This document shows positions 1 to 11,969 of a DNA stretch of 64,000 nt, piece by piece. The notes beneath the pieces were generated by a model that ran no database searches, had not been told where the DNA came from, and saw only the letters and a list, made by a program, of their open reading frames with translations. The translations under genes were made by a program, and so were the position numbers. Source of the DNA: Eledone cirrhosa (Eukaryota); NCBI GenBank assembly GCA_964016885.1, contig OZ024742.1:24428001-24492000 (forward strand), given 5' to 3'. Positions within the stretch are counted from its first letter, which is position 1; each line of letters begins with the position of its first letter.

Positions 1-288
1 GGCTTGTTGTTGTGAGGCTGAAGGTATGAGATGACTGCTGTGGATTGTGGCTTGTTGTTGTGAGGCTGAAGGTATGAGATGACTGCTGTGGATTGTGGCC
101 TGTTGCTGTAAGGCTGAAGGTATGAGATGACTGCTGTGGATTGTGGCCTGCTGCTGTAAGGCTGAAGGTATGAGATGACTGCTGTGGATTGTGGCCTGCT
201 GCTGTAAGGCTGAAGGTATGAGATGACTGCTGTGGATTGTGGCTTGTTGTTGTGAGGCTGATGTTATGAGATGACTGCTGTGGATTGT

Positions 289-3200
289 GGCCTGCTGCTG
301 TAAGGCTGAAGGTATGAGATGACTGCTGTGGATTGTGGCCTGCTGCTGTAAGGCTGAAGGTATGAGATGACTGCTGTGGATTGTGGCCTGCTGCTGTAAG
401 GCTGAAGGTATGAGATGACTGCTGTAGATTGTGGCCTGCTGCTGTAAGGCTGAAATATGAGATGACTACTGTGGATTGTGGCTTGTTGTTGTGAGGCTGA
501 AGGTATGAGATGACTGCTGTGGATTGTGGATTGTTGTTGTGAGGCTTAAGGTATGACATGACTGCTGTGGATTGTGGCCTGCTGCTGTAAGGCTGAAGGT
601 ATGAGATGACTGCTGTGGATTGTGGCTTGTTGTTGTGAGGCTGAAGGTATGAGATGACTGCTGTGGATTGTGGCTTGTTGTTGTGAGGCTGAAGGTATGA
701 GATGACTGCTGTGGATTGTGGCTTGTTGTTGTGAGGCTGAAGGTATGAGATGACTGCTGTGGATTGTGGCTTGTTGTTGTGAGGCCGAAGTTATGAGATG
801 ACTGCTGTGGATTGTGGCCTGCTGCTGTAAGGCTGAAGGTATGAGATGACTGCTGTGGATTGTGGCCTGCTGCTGTAAGGCTGAAGGTATGAGATGACTG
901 CTGTGGATTGTGGCCTGCTGCTGTAAGGCTGAAGTTATGAGATGACTGCTGTGGATTGTGGCCTGTTGCTGTAAAGCTGAAGGTATGAGATGACTGCTGT
1001 GGATTGTGGCCTGCTGCTGTAAGGCTTAAGGTATGAGATGACTGCTGTGGATTGTGGCTTGTTGTTGTGAGGCTGAAGGTATGAGATGACTGATGTGGAT
1101 TGTGGCTTGTTGTTGTGAGGCTGAAGGTACGAGATGACTGCTGTGGATTGTGGCTTGTTGTTGTGAGGCTGAAGGTATGAGATGACTGCTGTGGATTGTG
1201 GCCTGTTGCTGTAAGGCTGAAGGTATGAGATGACTGCTGTGGATTGTGGCCTGCTGCTGTAAGGCTGAAGGTATGAGATGACTGCTGTGGATTGTGGCCT
1301 GCTGCTGTAAGGCTGAAGGTATGAGATGACTGCTGTGAATTGTGGCCTGCTGCTGTAAGGCTGAAGGTATGAGATGACTGCTGTAGATTGTGGCCTGCTG
1401 CTGTAAGGCTGAAATATGAGATGACTACTGTGGATTGTGGCTTGTTGTTGTGAGGCTGAAGGTATGAGATGACTGCTGTGGATTGTGGCCTGCTGCTGTA
1501 AGGCTGAAGGTATGAGATGACTGCTGTGGATTGTGGCCTGTTGCTGTAAGGCTGAAGGTATGAGATGACTGCTGTGGATTGTGGCCTGTTGCTGTAAGGC
1601 TGAAGGTATGAGATGACTGCTGTGGATTGTGGCTTGTTGTTGTGAGGCTGAAGGTATGAGATGACTGCTGTGGATTGTGGCTTGTTGTTGTGAGGCTGAA
1701 GGTATGAGATGACTGCTGTGGATTGTGGCTTGTTGTTGTGAGGCTGAAGGTATGAGATGACTGCTGTGGATTGTGGCTTGTTGTTGTGAGGCTGAAGGTA
1801 TGAGATGACTGCTGTGGATTGTGGCCTGTTGCTGTAAGGCTGAAGGTATGAGATGACTGCTGTGGATTGTGGCTTGTTGTTGTGAGGCTGAAGGTATGAG
1901 ATGACTGCTGTGGATTGTGGCTTGTTGTTGTGAGGCTGAAGGTATGAGATGACTGCTGTGGATTGTGGCTTGCTGTTGTGAGGCTGAAGGTATGAGATGA
2001 CTGCTGTGGATTGTGGCTTGTTGTCGTGAGGCTGAAGGTATGAGATGACTGCTGTGGATTGTGGCCTGTTGCTGTAAGGCTGAAGGTATGAGATGACTGC
2101 TGTGGATTGTGGCCTGCTGCTGTAAGGCTGAAGGTATAAGATGACTGCTGTGGATTGTGGCCTGCTGCTGTAAGGCTGAAGGTATGAGATGACTGCTGTG
2201 GATTGTGGCTTGTTGTTGTGAGGCTGAAGTTATGAGATGACTGCTGTGGATTGTGGCCTGCTGCTGTAAGGCTGAAGGTATGAGATGACTGCTGTGGATT
2301 GTGGCCTGCTGCTGTAAGGCTGAAGGTATGAGATGACTGCTGTGAATTGTGGCCTGCTGCTGTAAGGCTGAAGGTATGAGATGACTGCTGTAGATTGTGG
2401 CCTGCTGCTGTAAGGCTGAAATATGAGATGACTACTGTGGATTGTGGCTTGTTGTTGTGAGGCTGAAGGTATGAGATGACTGCTGTGGATTGTGGATTGT
2501 TGTTGTGAGGCTGAAGGTATGAGATGACTGCTGTGGATTGTGGCTTGTTGTTGTGAGGCTGAAGGTATGAGATGACTGCTGTGGATTGTGGCTTGTTGTT
2601 GTGAGGCTGAAGGTATGAGATGACTGCTGTGGATTGTGGCTTGTTGTTGTGAGGCTGAAGGTATGAGATGACTGCTGTGGATTGTGGCCTGTTGCTGTAA
2701 GGCTGAAGGTATGAGATAACTGCTGTGGATTGTGGCCTGCTGCTGTAAGGCTGAAGGTATGAGATGACTGCTGTGGATTGTGGCTTGTTGTTGTGAGGCT
2801 GAAGGTATGAGATGACTGCTGTGGATTGTGGCTTGTTGTTGTGAGGCTGAAGGTATGAGATGACTGCTGTGGATTGTGGCTTGTTGTTGTGAGGCTGAAG
2901 GTATGAGATGACTGCTGTGGATTGTGGCTTGTTGTTGTGAGGCTGAAGGTATGAGATGACTGCTGTGGATTGTGGCTTGTTGTTGTGAGGCTGAAGGTAT
3001 GAGATGACTGCTGTGGATTGTGGCCTGTTGCTGTAAGGCTGAAGGTATGAGATAACTGCTGTGGATTGTGGCCTGCTGCTGTAAGGCTGAAGGTATGAGA
3101 TGACTGCTGTGGATTGTGGCCTGCTGCTGTAAGGCTGAAGGTATGAGATGACTGCTGTGTATTGTGGCCTGCTGCTGTAAGGCTGAAGGTATGAGATGAC

Positions 3201-5387
3201 TGCTGTGGATTGTGGCCTGCTGCTGTAAGGCTGAAGGTATGAGATGACTGCTGTGGATTGTGGCCTGCTGCTGTAAGGCTGAAGGTATGAGATGACTGCT
3301 GTAGATTGTGGCCTGCTGCTGTAAGGCTGAAATATGAGATGACTACTGTGGATTGTGGCTTGTTGTTGTGAGGCTGAAGGTATGAGATGACTGCTGTGGA
3401 TTGTGGATTGTTGTTGTGAGGCTTAAGGTATGACATGACTGCTGTGGATTGTGGCCTGCTGCTGTAAGGCTGAAGGTATGAGATGACTGCTGTGGATTGT
3501 GGCTTGTTGTTGTGAGGCTGAAGGTATGAGATGACTGCTGTGGATTGTGGCTTGTTGTTGTGAGGCTGAAGGTATGAGATGACTGCTGTGGATTGTGGCT
3601 TGTTGTTGTGAGGCTGAAGGTATGAGATGACTGCTGTGGATTGTGGCTTGTTGTTGTGAGGCCGAAGTTATGAGATGACTGCTGTGGATTGTGGCCTGCT
3701 GCTGTAAGGCTGAAGGTATGAGATGACTGCTGTGGATTGTGGCCTGCTGCTGTAAGGCTGAAGGTATGAGATGACTGCTGTGGATTGTGGCCTGCTGCTG
3801 TAAGGCTGAAGTTATGAGATGACTGCTGTGGATTGTGGCCTGTTGCTGTAAAGCTGAAGGTATGAGATGACTGCTGTGGATTGTGGCCTGCTGCTGTAAG
3901 GCTTAAGGTATGAGATGACTGCTGTGGATTGTGGCTTGTTGTTGTGAGGCTGAAGGTATGAGATGACTGATGTGGATTGTGGCTTGTTGTTGTGAGGCTG
4001 AAGGTACGAGATGACTGCTGTGGATTGTGGCTTGTTGTTGTGAGGCTGAAGGTATGAGATGACTGCTGTGGATTGTGGCCTGTTGCTGTAAGGCTGAAGG
4101 TATGAGATGACTGCTGTGGATTGTGGCCTGCTGCTGTAAGGCTGAAGGTATGAGATGACTGCTGTGGATTGTGGCCTGCTGCTGTAAGGCTGAAGGTATG
4201 GGATGACTGCTGTGAATTGTGGCCTGCTGCTGTAAGGCTGAAGGTATGAGATGACTGCTGTAGATTGTGGCCTGCTGCTGTAAGGCTGAAATATGAGATG
4301 ACTACTGTGGATTGTGGCTTGTTGTTGTGAGGCTGAAGGTATGAGATGACTGCTGTGGATTGTGGCCTGCTGCTGTAAGGCTGAAGGTATGAGATGACTG
4401 CTGTGGATTGTGGCCTGTTGCTGTAAGGCTGAAGGTATGAGATGACTGCTGTGGATTGTGGCCTGTTGCTGTAAGGCTGAAGGTATGAGATGACTGCTGT
4501 GGATTGTGGCTTGTTGTTGTGAGGCTGAAGGTATGAGATGACTGCTGTGGATTGTGGCTTGTTGTTGTGAGGCTGAAGGTATGAGATGACTGCTGTGGAT
4601 TGTGGCTTGTTGTTGTGAGGCTGAAGGTATGAGATGACTGCTGTGGATTGTGGCTTGTTGTTGTGAGGCTGAAGGTATGAGATGACTGCTGTGGATTGTG
4701 GCCTGTTGCTGTAAGGCTGAAGGTATGAGATGACTGCTGTGGATTGTGGCTTGTTGTTGTGAGGCTGAAGGTATGAGATGACTGCTGTGGATTGTGGCTT
4801 GTTGTTGTGAGGCTGAAGGTATGAGATGACTGCTGTGGATTGTGGCTTGCTGTTGTGAGGCTGAAGGTATGAGATGACTGCTGTGGATTGTGGCTTGTTG
4901 TCGTGAGGCTGAAGGTATGAGATGACTGCTGTGGATTGTGGCCTGTTGCTGTAAGGCTGAAGGTATGAGATGACTGCTGTGGATTGTGGCCTGCTGCTGT
5001 AAGGCTGAAGGTATAAGATGACTGCTGTGGATTGTGGCCTGCTGCTGTAAGGCTGAAGGTATGAGATGACTGCTGTGGATTGTGGCTTGTTGTTGTGAGG
5101 CTGAAGTTATGAGATGACTGCTGTGGATTGTGGCCTGCTGCTGTAAGGCTGAAGGTATGAGATGACTGCTGTGGATTGTGGCCTGCTGCTGTAAGGCTGA
5201 AGGTATGAGATGACTGCTGTGAATTGTGGCCTGCTGCTGTAAGGCTGAAGGTATGAGATGACTGCTGTAGATTGTGGCCTGCTGCTGTAAGGCTGAAATA
5301 TGAGATGACTACTGTGGATTGTGGCTTGTTGTTGTGAGGCTGAAGGTATGAGATGACTGCTGTGGATTGTGGATTGTTGTTGTGAGG
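289..5387. repeat. Duplicated block of about 2.2 kb (approx. 289-2510 and 3166-5387, offset 2877 bp)
   Basis: Rare markers pair at offset 2877: GGCCGAAGTT 785/3662, GTAAAGCT 971/3848, TTGTCGTG 2025/4902, and 47-bp units 452/3329, 1411/4288, 2418/5295. Confidence 0.9.
1411..2417. repeat. Representative 21-monomer (1007 bp) higher-order repeat unit
   Basis: Consecutive 47-bp marker units (GAAATATGAG) lie at 1411 and 2418. Monomer order is A B C C A A A A C A A A' A C B B A B B B B. The same or a closely related order with 1007-bp spacing recurs at 4288, 6825, 12569, 14631, 17409, 19519, 22632, 31972, 41453, 52570 and 61826. Confidence 0.88.
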
Positions 5388-8300
5388 CTTAAGGTATGAC
5401 ATGACTGCTGTGGATTGTGGCCTGCTGCTGTAAGGCTGAAGGTATGAGATGACTGCTGTGGATTGTGGCTTGTTGTTGTGAGGCTGAAGGTATGAGATGA
5501 CTGCTGTGGATTGTGGCTTGTTGTTGTGAGGCTGAAGGTATGAGATGACTGCTGTGGATTGTGGCTTGTTGTTGTGAGGCTGAAGGTATGAGATGACTGC
5601 TGTGGATTGTGGCTTGTTGTTGTGAGGCTGAAGGTATGAGATGACTGCTGTGGATTGTGGCTTGTTGTTGTGAGGCTGAAGGTATGAGATGACTGCTGTG
5701 GATTGTGGCCTGTTGCTGTAAGGCTGAAGGTATGAGATAACTGCTGTGGATTGTGGCCTGCTGCTGTAAGGCTGAAGGTATGAGATGACTGCTGTGGATT
5801 GTGGCCTGCTGCTGTAAGGCTGAAGGTATGAGATGACTGCTGTGTATTGTGGCCTGCTGCTGTAAGGCTGAAGGTATGAGATGACTGCTGTAGATTGTGG
5901 CCTGCTGTTGCAAGGCTGAAATATGAGATGACTACTGTGGATTGTGGCTTGTTGTTGTGAGGCTGAAGGTATGAGATGACTGCTGTGGATTGTGGCCTGC
6001 TGCTGTAAGGCTGAAGGTATGAGATGACTGCTGTGGATTGTGGCCTGTTGCTGTAAGACTGAAGGTATGAGATGACTGCTGTGGATTGTGGCCTGTTGCT
6101 GTAAGGCTGAAGGTATGAGATGACTGCTGTGGATTGTGGCTTGTTGTTGTGAGGCTGAAGGTATGAGATGACTGCTGTGGATTGTGGCTTGTTGTTGTGA
6201 GGCTGAAGGTATGAGATGACTGCTGTGGATTGTGGCTTGTTGTTGTGAGGCTGAAGGTATGAGATGACTGCTGTGGATTGTGGCTTGTTGTTGTGAGGCT
6301 GAAGGTATGAGATGACTGCTGTGGATTGTGGCCTGTTGCTGTAAGGCTGAAGGTATGAGATGACTGCTGTGGATTGTGGCTTGTTGTTGTGAGGCTGAAG
6401 GTATGAGATGACTGCTGTGGATTGTGGCTTGTTGTGAGGCTGAAGGTATGAGATGACTGCTGTGGATTGTGGCTTGTTGTTGTGAGGCTGAAGGTATGAG
6501 ATGACTGCTGTGGATTGTGGCCTGCTGCTGCAAGGCTGAAATATGAGATGACTACTGTGGATTGTGGCTTGTTGTTGTGAGGCTGAAGGTATGAGATGAC
6601 TGCTGTGGATTGTGGCCTGTTGCTGTAAGGCTGAAGGTATGAGATGACTGCTGTGGATTGTGGCCTGCTGCTGTAAGGCTGAAGGTATGAGATGACTGCT
6701 GTGGATTGTGGCCTGCTGCTGTAAGGCTGAAGGTATGAGATGACTGCTGTGAATTGTGGCCTGCTGCTGTAAGGCTGAAGGTATGAGATGACTGCTGTAG
6801 ATTGTGGCCTGCTGCTGTAAGGCTGAAATATGAGATGACTACTGTGGATTGTGGCTTGTTGTTGTGAGGCTGAAGGTATGAGATGACTGCTGTGGATTGT
6901 GGCCTGCTGCTGTAAGGCTGAAGGTATGAGATGACTGCTGTGGATTGTGGCCTGTTGCTGTAAGGCTGAAGGTATGAGATGACTGCTGTGGATTGTGGCC
7001 TGTTGCTGTAAGGCTGAAGGTATGAGATGACTGCTGTGGATTGTGGCTTGTTGTTGTGAGGCTGAAGGTATGAGATGACTGCTGTGGATTGTGGCTTGTT
7101 GTTGTGAGGCTGAAGGTATGAGATGACTGCTGTGGATTGTGGCTTGTTGTTGTGAGGCTGAAGGTATGAGATGACTGCTGTGGATTGTGGCTTGTTCTTG
7201 TGAGGCTGAAGGTATGAGATGACTGCTGTGGATTGTGGCCTGTTGCTGTAAGGCTGAAGGTATGAGATGACTGCTGTGGATTGTGGCTTGTTGTTGTGAG
7301 GCTGAAGGTATGAGATGACTGCTGTGGATTGTGGCTTGTTGTTGTGAGGCTGAAGGTATGAGATGACTGCTGTGGATTGTGGCTTGCTGTTGTGAGGCTG
7401 AAGGTATGAGATGACTGCTGTGGATTGTGGCTTGTTGTCGTGAGGCTGAAGGTATGAGATGACTGCTGTGGATTGTGGCCTGTTGCTGTAAGGCTGAAGG
7501 TATGAGATGACTGCTGTGGATTGTGGCCTGCTGCTGTAAGGCTGAAGGTATAAGATGACTGCTGTGGATTGTGGCCTGCTGCTGTAAGGCTGAAGGTATG
7601 AGATGACTGCTGTGGATTGTGGCTTGTTGTTGTGAGGCTGAAGTTATGAGATGACTGCTGTGGATTGTGGCCTGCTGCTGTAAGGCTGAAGGTATGAGAT
7701 GACTGCTGTGGATTGTGGCCTGCTGCTGTAAGGCTGAAGGTATGAGATGACTGCTGTGAATTGTGGCCTGCTGCTGTAAGGCTGAAGGTATGAGATGACT
7801 GCTGTAGATTGTGGCCTGCTGCTGTAAGGCTGAAATATGAGATGACTACTGTGGATTGTGGCTTGTTGTTGTGAGGCTGAAGGTATGAGATGACTGCTGT
7901 GGATTGTGGTAGTTGTTGTGAGGCTTAAGGTATGACATGACTGCTGTGGATTGTGGCCTGCTGCTGTAAGGCTGAAGGTATGAGATGACTGCTGTGGATT
8001 GTGGCTTGTTGTTGTGAGGCTGAAGGTATGAGATGACTGCTGTGGATTGTGGCTTGTTGTTGTGAGGCTGAAGGTATGAGATGACTGCTGTGGATTGTGG
8101 CTTGTTGTTGTGAGGCTGAAGGTATGAGATGACTGCTGTGGATTGTGGCTTGTTGTTGTGAGGCTGAAGGTATGAGATGACTGCTGTGGATTGTGGCTTG
8201 TTGTTGTGAGGCTGAAGGTATGAGATGACTGCTGTGGATTGTGGCCTGTTGCTGTAAGGCTGAAGGTATGAGATAACTGCTGTGGATTGTGGCCTGCTGC

Positions 8301-11300
8301 TGTAAGGCTGAAGGTATGAGATGACTGCTGTGGATTGTGGCCTGCTGCTGTAAGGCTGAAGGTATGAGACGACTGCTGTAGATTGTGGCCTGCTGTTGCA
8401 AGGCTGAAATATGAGATGACTACTGTGGATTGTGGCTTGTTGTTGTGAGGCTGAAGGTATGAGATGACTGCTGTGGATTGTGGCCTGCTGCTGTAAGGCT
8501 GAAGGTATGAGATGACTGCTGTGGATTGTGGCCTGTTGCTGTAAGACTGAAGGTATGAGATGACTGCTGTGGATTGTGGCCTGTTGCTGTAAGGCTGAAG
8601 GTATGAGATGACTGCTGTGGATTGTGGCTTGTTGTTGTGAGGCTGAAGGTATGAGATGACTGCTGTGGATTGTGGCTTGTTGTTGTGAGGCTGAAGGTAT
8701 GAGATGACTGCTGTGGATTGTGGCTTGTTGTTGTGAGGCTGAAGGTATGAGATGACTGCTGTGGATTGTGGCTTGTTGTTGTGAGGCTGAAGGTATGAGA
8801 TGACTGCTGTGGATTGTGGCCTGTTGCTGTAAGGCTGAAGGTATGAGATGACTGCTGTGGATTGTGGCTTGTTGTTGTGAGGCTGAAGGTATGAGATGAC
8901 TGCTGTGGATTGTGGCTTGTTGTGAGGCTGAAGGTATGAGATGACTGCTGTGGATTGTGGCTTGTTGTTGTGAGGCTGAAGGTATGAGATGACTGCTGTG
9001 GATTGTGGCCTGCTGCTGCAAGGCTGAAATATGAGATGACTACTGTGGATTGTGGCTTGTTGTTGTGAGGCTGAAGGTATGAGATGACTGCTGTGGATTG
9101 TGGCCTGCTGCTGTAAGGCTGAAGGTATGAGATGACTGCTGTGGATTGTGGCCTGTTGCTGTAAGGCTGAAGGTATGAGATGACTGCTGTGGATTGTGGC
9201 CTGTTGCTGTAAGGCTGAAGGTATGAGATGACTGCTGTGGATTGTGGCTTGTTGTTGTGAGGCTGAAGGTATGAGATGACTGCTGTGGATTGTGGCTTGT
9301 TGTTGTGAGGCTGAAGGTATGAGATGACTGCTGTGGATTGTGGCTTGTTGTTGTGCGGCTGAAGGTATGAGATGACTGCTGTGGATTGTGGCTTGTTGTT
9401 GTGAGGCTGAAGGTATGAGATGACTGCTGTGGATTGTGGCCTGTTGCTGTAAGGCTGAAGGTATGAGATGACTGCTGTGGATTGTGGCTTGTTGTTGTGA
9501 GGCTGAAGGTATGAGATGACTGCTGTGGATTGTGGCTTGTTGTGAGGCTGAAGGTATGAGATGACTGCTGTGGATTGTGGCTTGTTGTTGTGAGGCTGAA
9601 GGTATGAGATGACTGCTGTGGATTGTGGCTTGTTGTTGTGAGGCTGAAGGTATGAGATGACTGCTGTGGATTGTGGCCTGTTGCTGTAAGGCTGAAGGTA
9701 TGAGATGACTGCTGTGGATTGTGGCCTGCTGCTGTAAGGCTGAAGGTATGAGATGACTGCTGTGGATTGTGGCCTGCTGCTGTAAGGCTGAAGGTATGAG
9801 ATGACTGCTGTGGATTGTGGCTTGTTGTTGTGAGGCTGAAGTTATGAGATGACTGCTGTGGATTGTGGCCTGCTGCTGTAAGGCTGAAGGTATGAGATGA
9901 CTGCTGTGGATTGTGGCCTGCTGCTGTAAGGCTGAAGGTATGAGATGACTGCTGTGGATTGTGGCCTGCTGCTGTAAGGCTGAAGGTATGAGATGACTGC
10001 TGTAGATTGTGGCCTGCTGCTGTAAGGCTGAAATATGAGATGACTACTGTGGATTGTGGCTTGTTGTTGTGAGGCTGAAGGTATGAGATGACTGCTGTGG
10101 ATTGTGGCCTGCTGCTGTAAGGCTGAAGGTATGAGATGACTGCTGTGGATTGTGGCCTGTTGCTGTAAGGCTGAAGGTATGAGATGACTGCTGTGGATTG
10201 TGGCCTGTTGCTGTAAGGCTGAAGGTATGAGATGACTGCTGTGGATTGTGGCTTGTTGTTGTGAGGCTGAAGGTATGAGATGACTGCTGTGGATTGTGGC
10301 CTGTTGCTGTAAGACTGAAGGTATGAGATGACTGCTGTGGATTGTGGCTTGTTGTTGTGAGGCTGAAGGTATGAGATGACTGCTGTGGATTGTGGGTTGT
10401 TGTGAGGCTAAAGGTATGAGATGACTACTGTGGATTGTGGCCTGCTGCTGTAAGACTGAAGTTATGAGATGACTGCGGTGGATTGTGGCCTGCTGCTGTA
10501 AGGCTGAAGGTATGAGATGACTGCTGTGGATTGTGGCTTGTTGTTGTGAGGCTGAAGGTATGAGATGACTGCTGTGGATTGTGGATTGTTGTTGTGAGGC
10601 TTAAGGTATGACATGACTGCTGTGGATTGTGGCCTGCTGCTGTAAGGCTGAAGGTATGAGATGACTGCTGTGGATTGTGGCTTGTTGTTGTGAGGCTGAA
10701 GGTATGAGATGACTGCTGTGGATTGTGGCTTGTTGTTGTGAGGCTGAAGGTATGAGATGACTGCTGTGGATTGTGGCTTGTTGTTGTGAGGCTGAAGGTA
10801 TGAGATGACTGCTGTGGATTGTGGCTTGTTGTTGTGAGGCCGAAGTTATGAGATGACTGCTGTGGATTGTGGCCTGCTGCTGTAAGGCTGAAGGTATGAG
10901 ATGACTGCTGTGGATTGTGGCCTGTTGTTGTGAGGCTGAAGGTATGAGATGACTGCTGTAGATTGTGGCCTGCTGCTGTAAGGCTGAAGGTATGAGATGA
11001 CTGCTGTGGATTGTGGCCTGCTGCTGTAAGGCTGAAGGTATGAGATGACTGCTGTGGATTGTGGCCTGCTGCTGTAAGGCTGAAGTTATGAGATGACTGA
11101 TGTGGATTGTGGCCTGTTGCTGTAAGGCTGAAGGTATGAGATGACTGCTGTGGATTGTGGCCTGCTGCTGTAAGGCTTAAGGTATGAGATGACTGCTGTG
11201 GATTGTGGCTTGTTGTTGTGAGGCTGAAGGTATGAGATGACTGATGTGGATTGTGGCTTGTTGTTGTGAGGCTGAAGGTACGAGATGACTGCTGTGGATT

Positions 11301-11969
11301 GTGGCTTGTTGTTGTGAGGCTGAAGGTATGAAATGACTGCTGTGGATTGTGGCCTGTTGCTGTAAGGCTGAAGGTATGAGATGACTGCTGTGGATTGTGG
11401 CCTGCTGCTGTAAGGCTGAAGGTATGAGATGACTGCTGTGGATTGTGGCCTGCTGCTGTAAGGCTGAAGGTATGAGATGACTGCTGTGAATTGTGGCCTG
11501 CTGCTGTAAGGCTGAAGGTATGAGATGACTGCTGTAGATTGTGGCCTGCTGCTGTAAGGCTGAAATATGAGATGACTACTGTGGATTGTGGCTTGTTGTT
11601 GTGAGGCTGAAGGTATGAGATGACTGCTGTGGATTGTGGCCTGCTGCTGTAAGGCTGAAGGTATGAGATGACTGCTGTGGATTGTGGCCTGTTGCTGTAA
11701 GGCTGAAGGTATGAGATGACTGCTGTGGATTGTGGCCTGCTGCTGTAAGGCTGAAGGTATGAGATGACTGCTGTGGATTGTGGCTTGTTGTTGTGAGGCT
11801 GAAGGTATGAGATGACTGCTGTGGATTGTGGCTTGTTGTTGTGAGGCTGAAGGTATGAGATGACTGCTGTGGATTGTGGCTTGTTGTTGTGAGGCTGAAG
11901 GTATGAGATGACTGCTGTGGATTGTGGCTTGTTGTTGTGAGGCTGAAGGTATGAGATGACTGCTGTGGA

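Noticed and set aside
37-43. Chi-like GCTGTGG and transcription-factor-like motifs (TGACT, TGTGG)
   Set aside because: These are not exact matches (Chi is GCTGGTGG), and short motifs like these are expected by chance in a GT-rich monomer.
39-47. DnaA-box-like TGTGGATTG or iteron array
   Set aside because: It is only a 7/9 match to TGTGGATAA, with mismatches at conserved positions. There is no AT-rich unwinding element or rep gene, and the scale is implausible for an origin.
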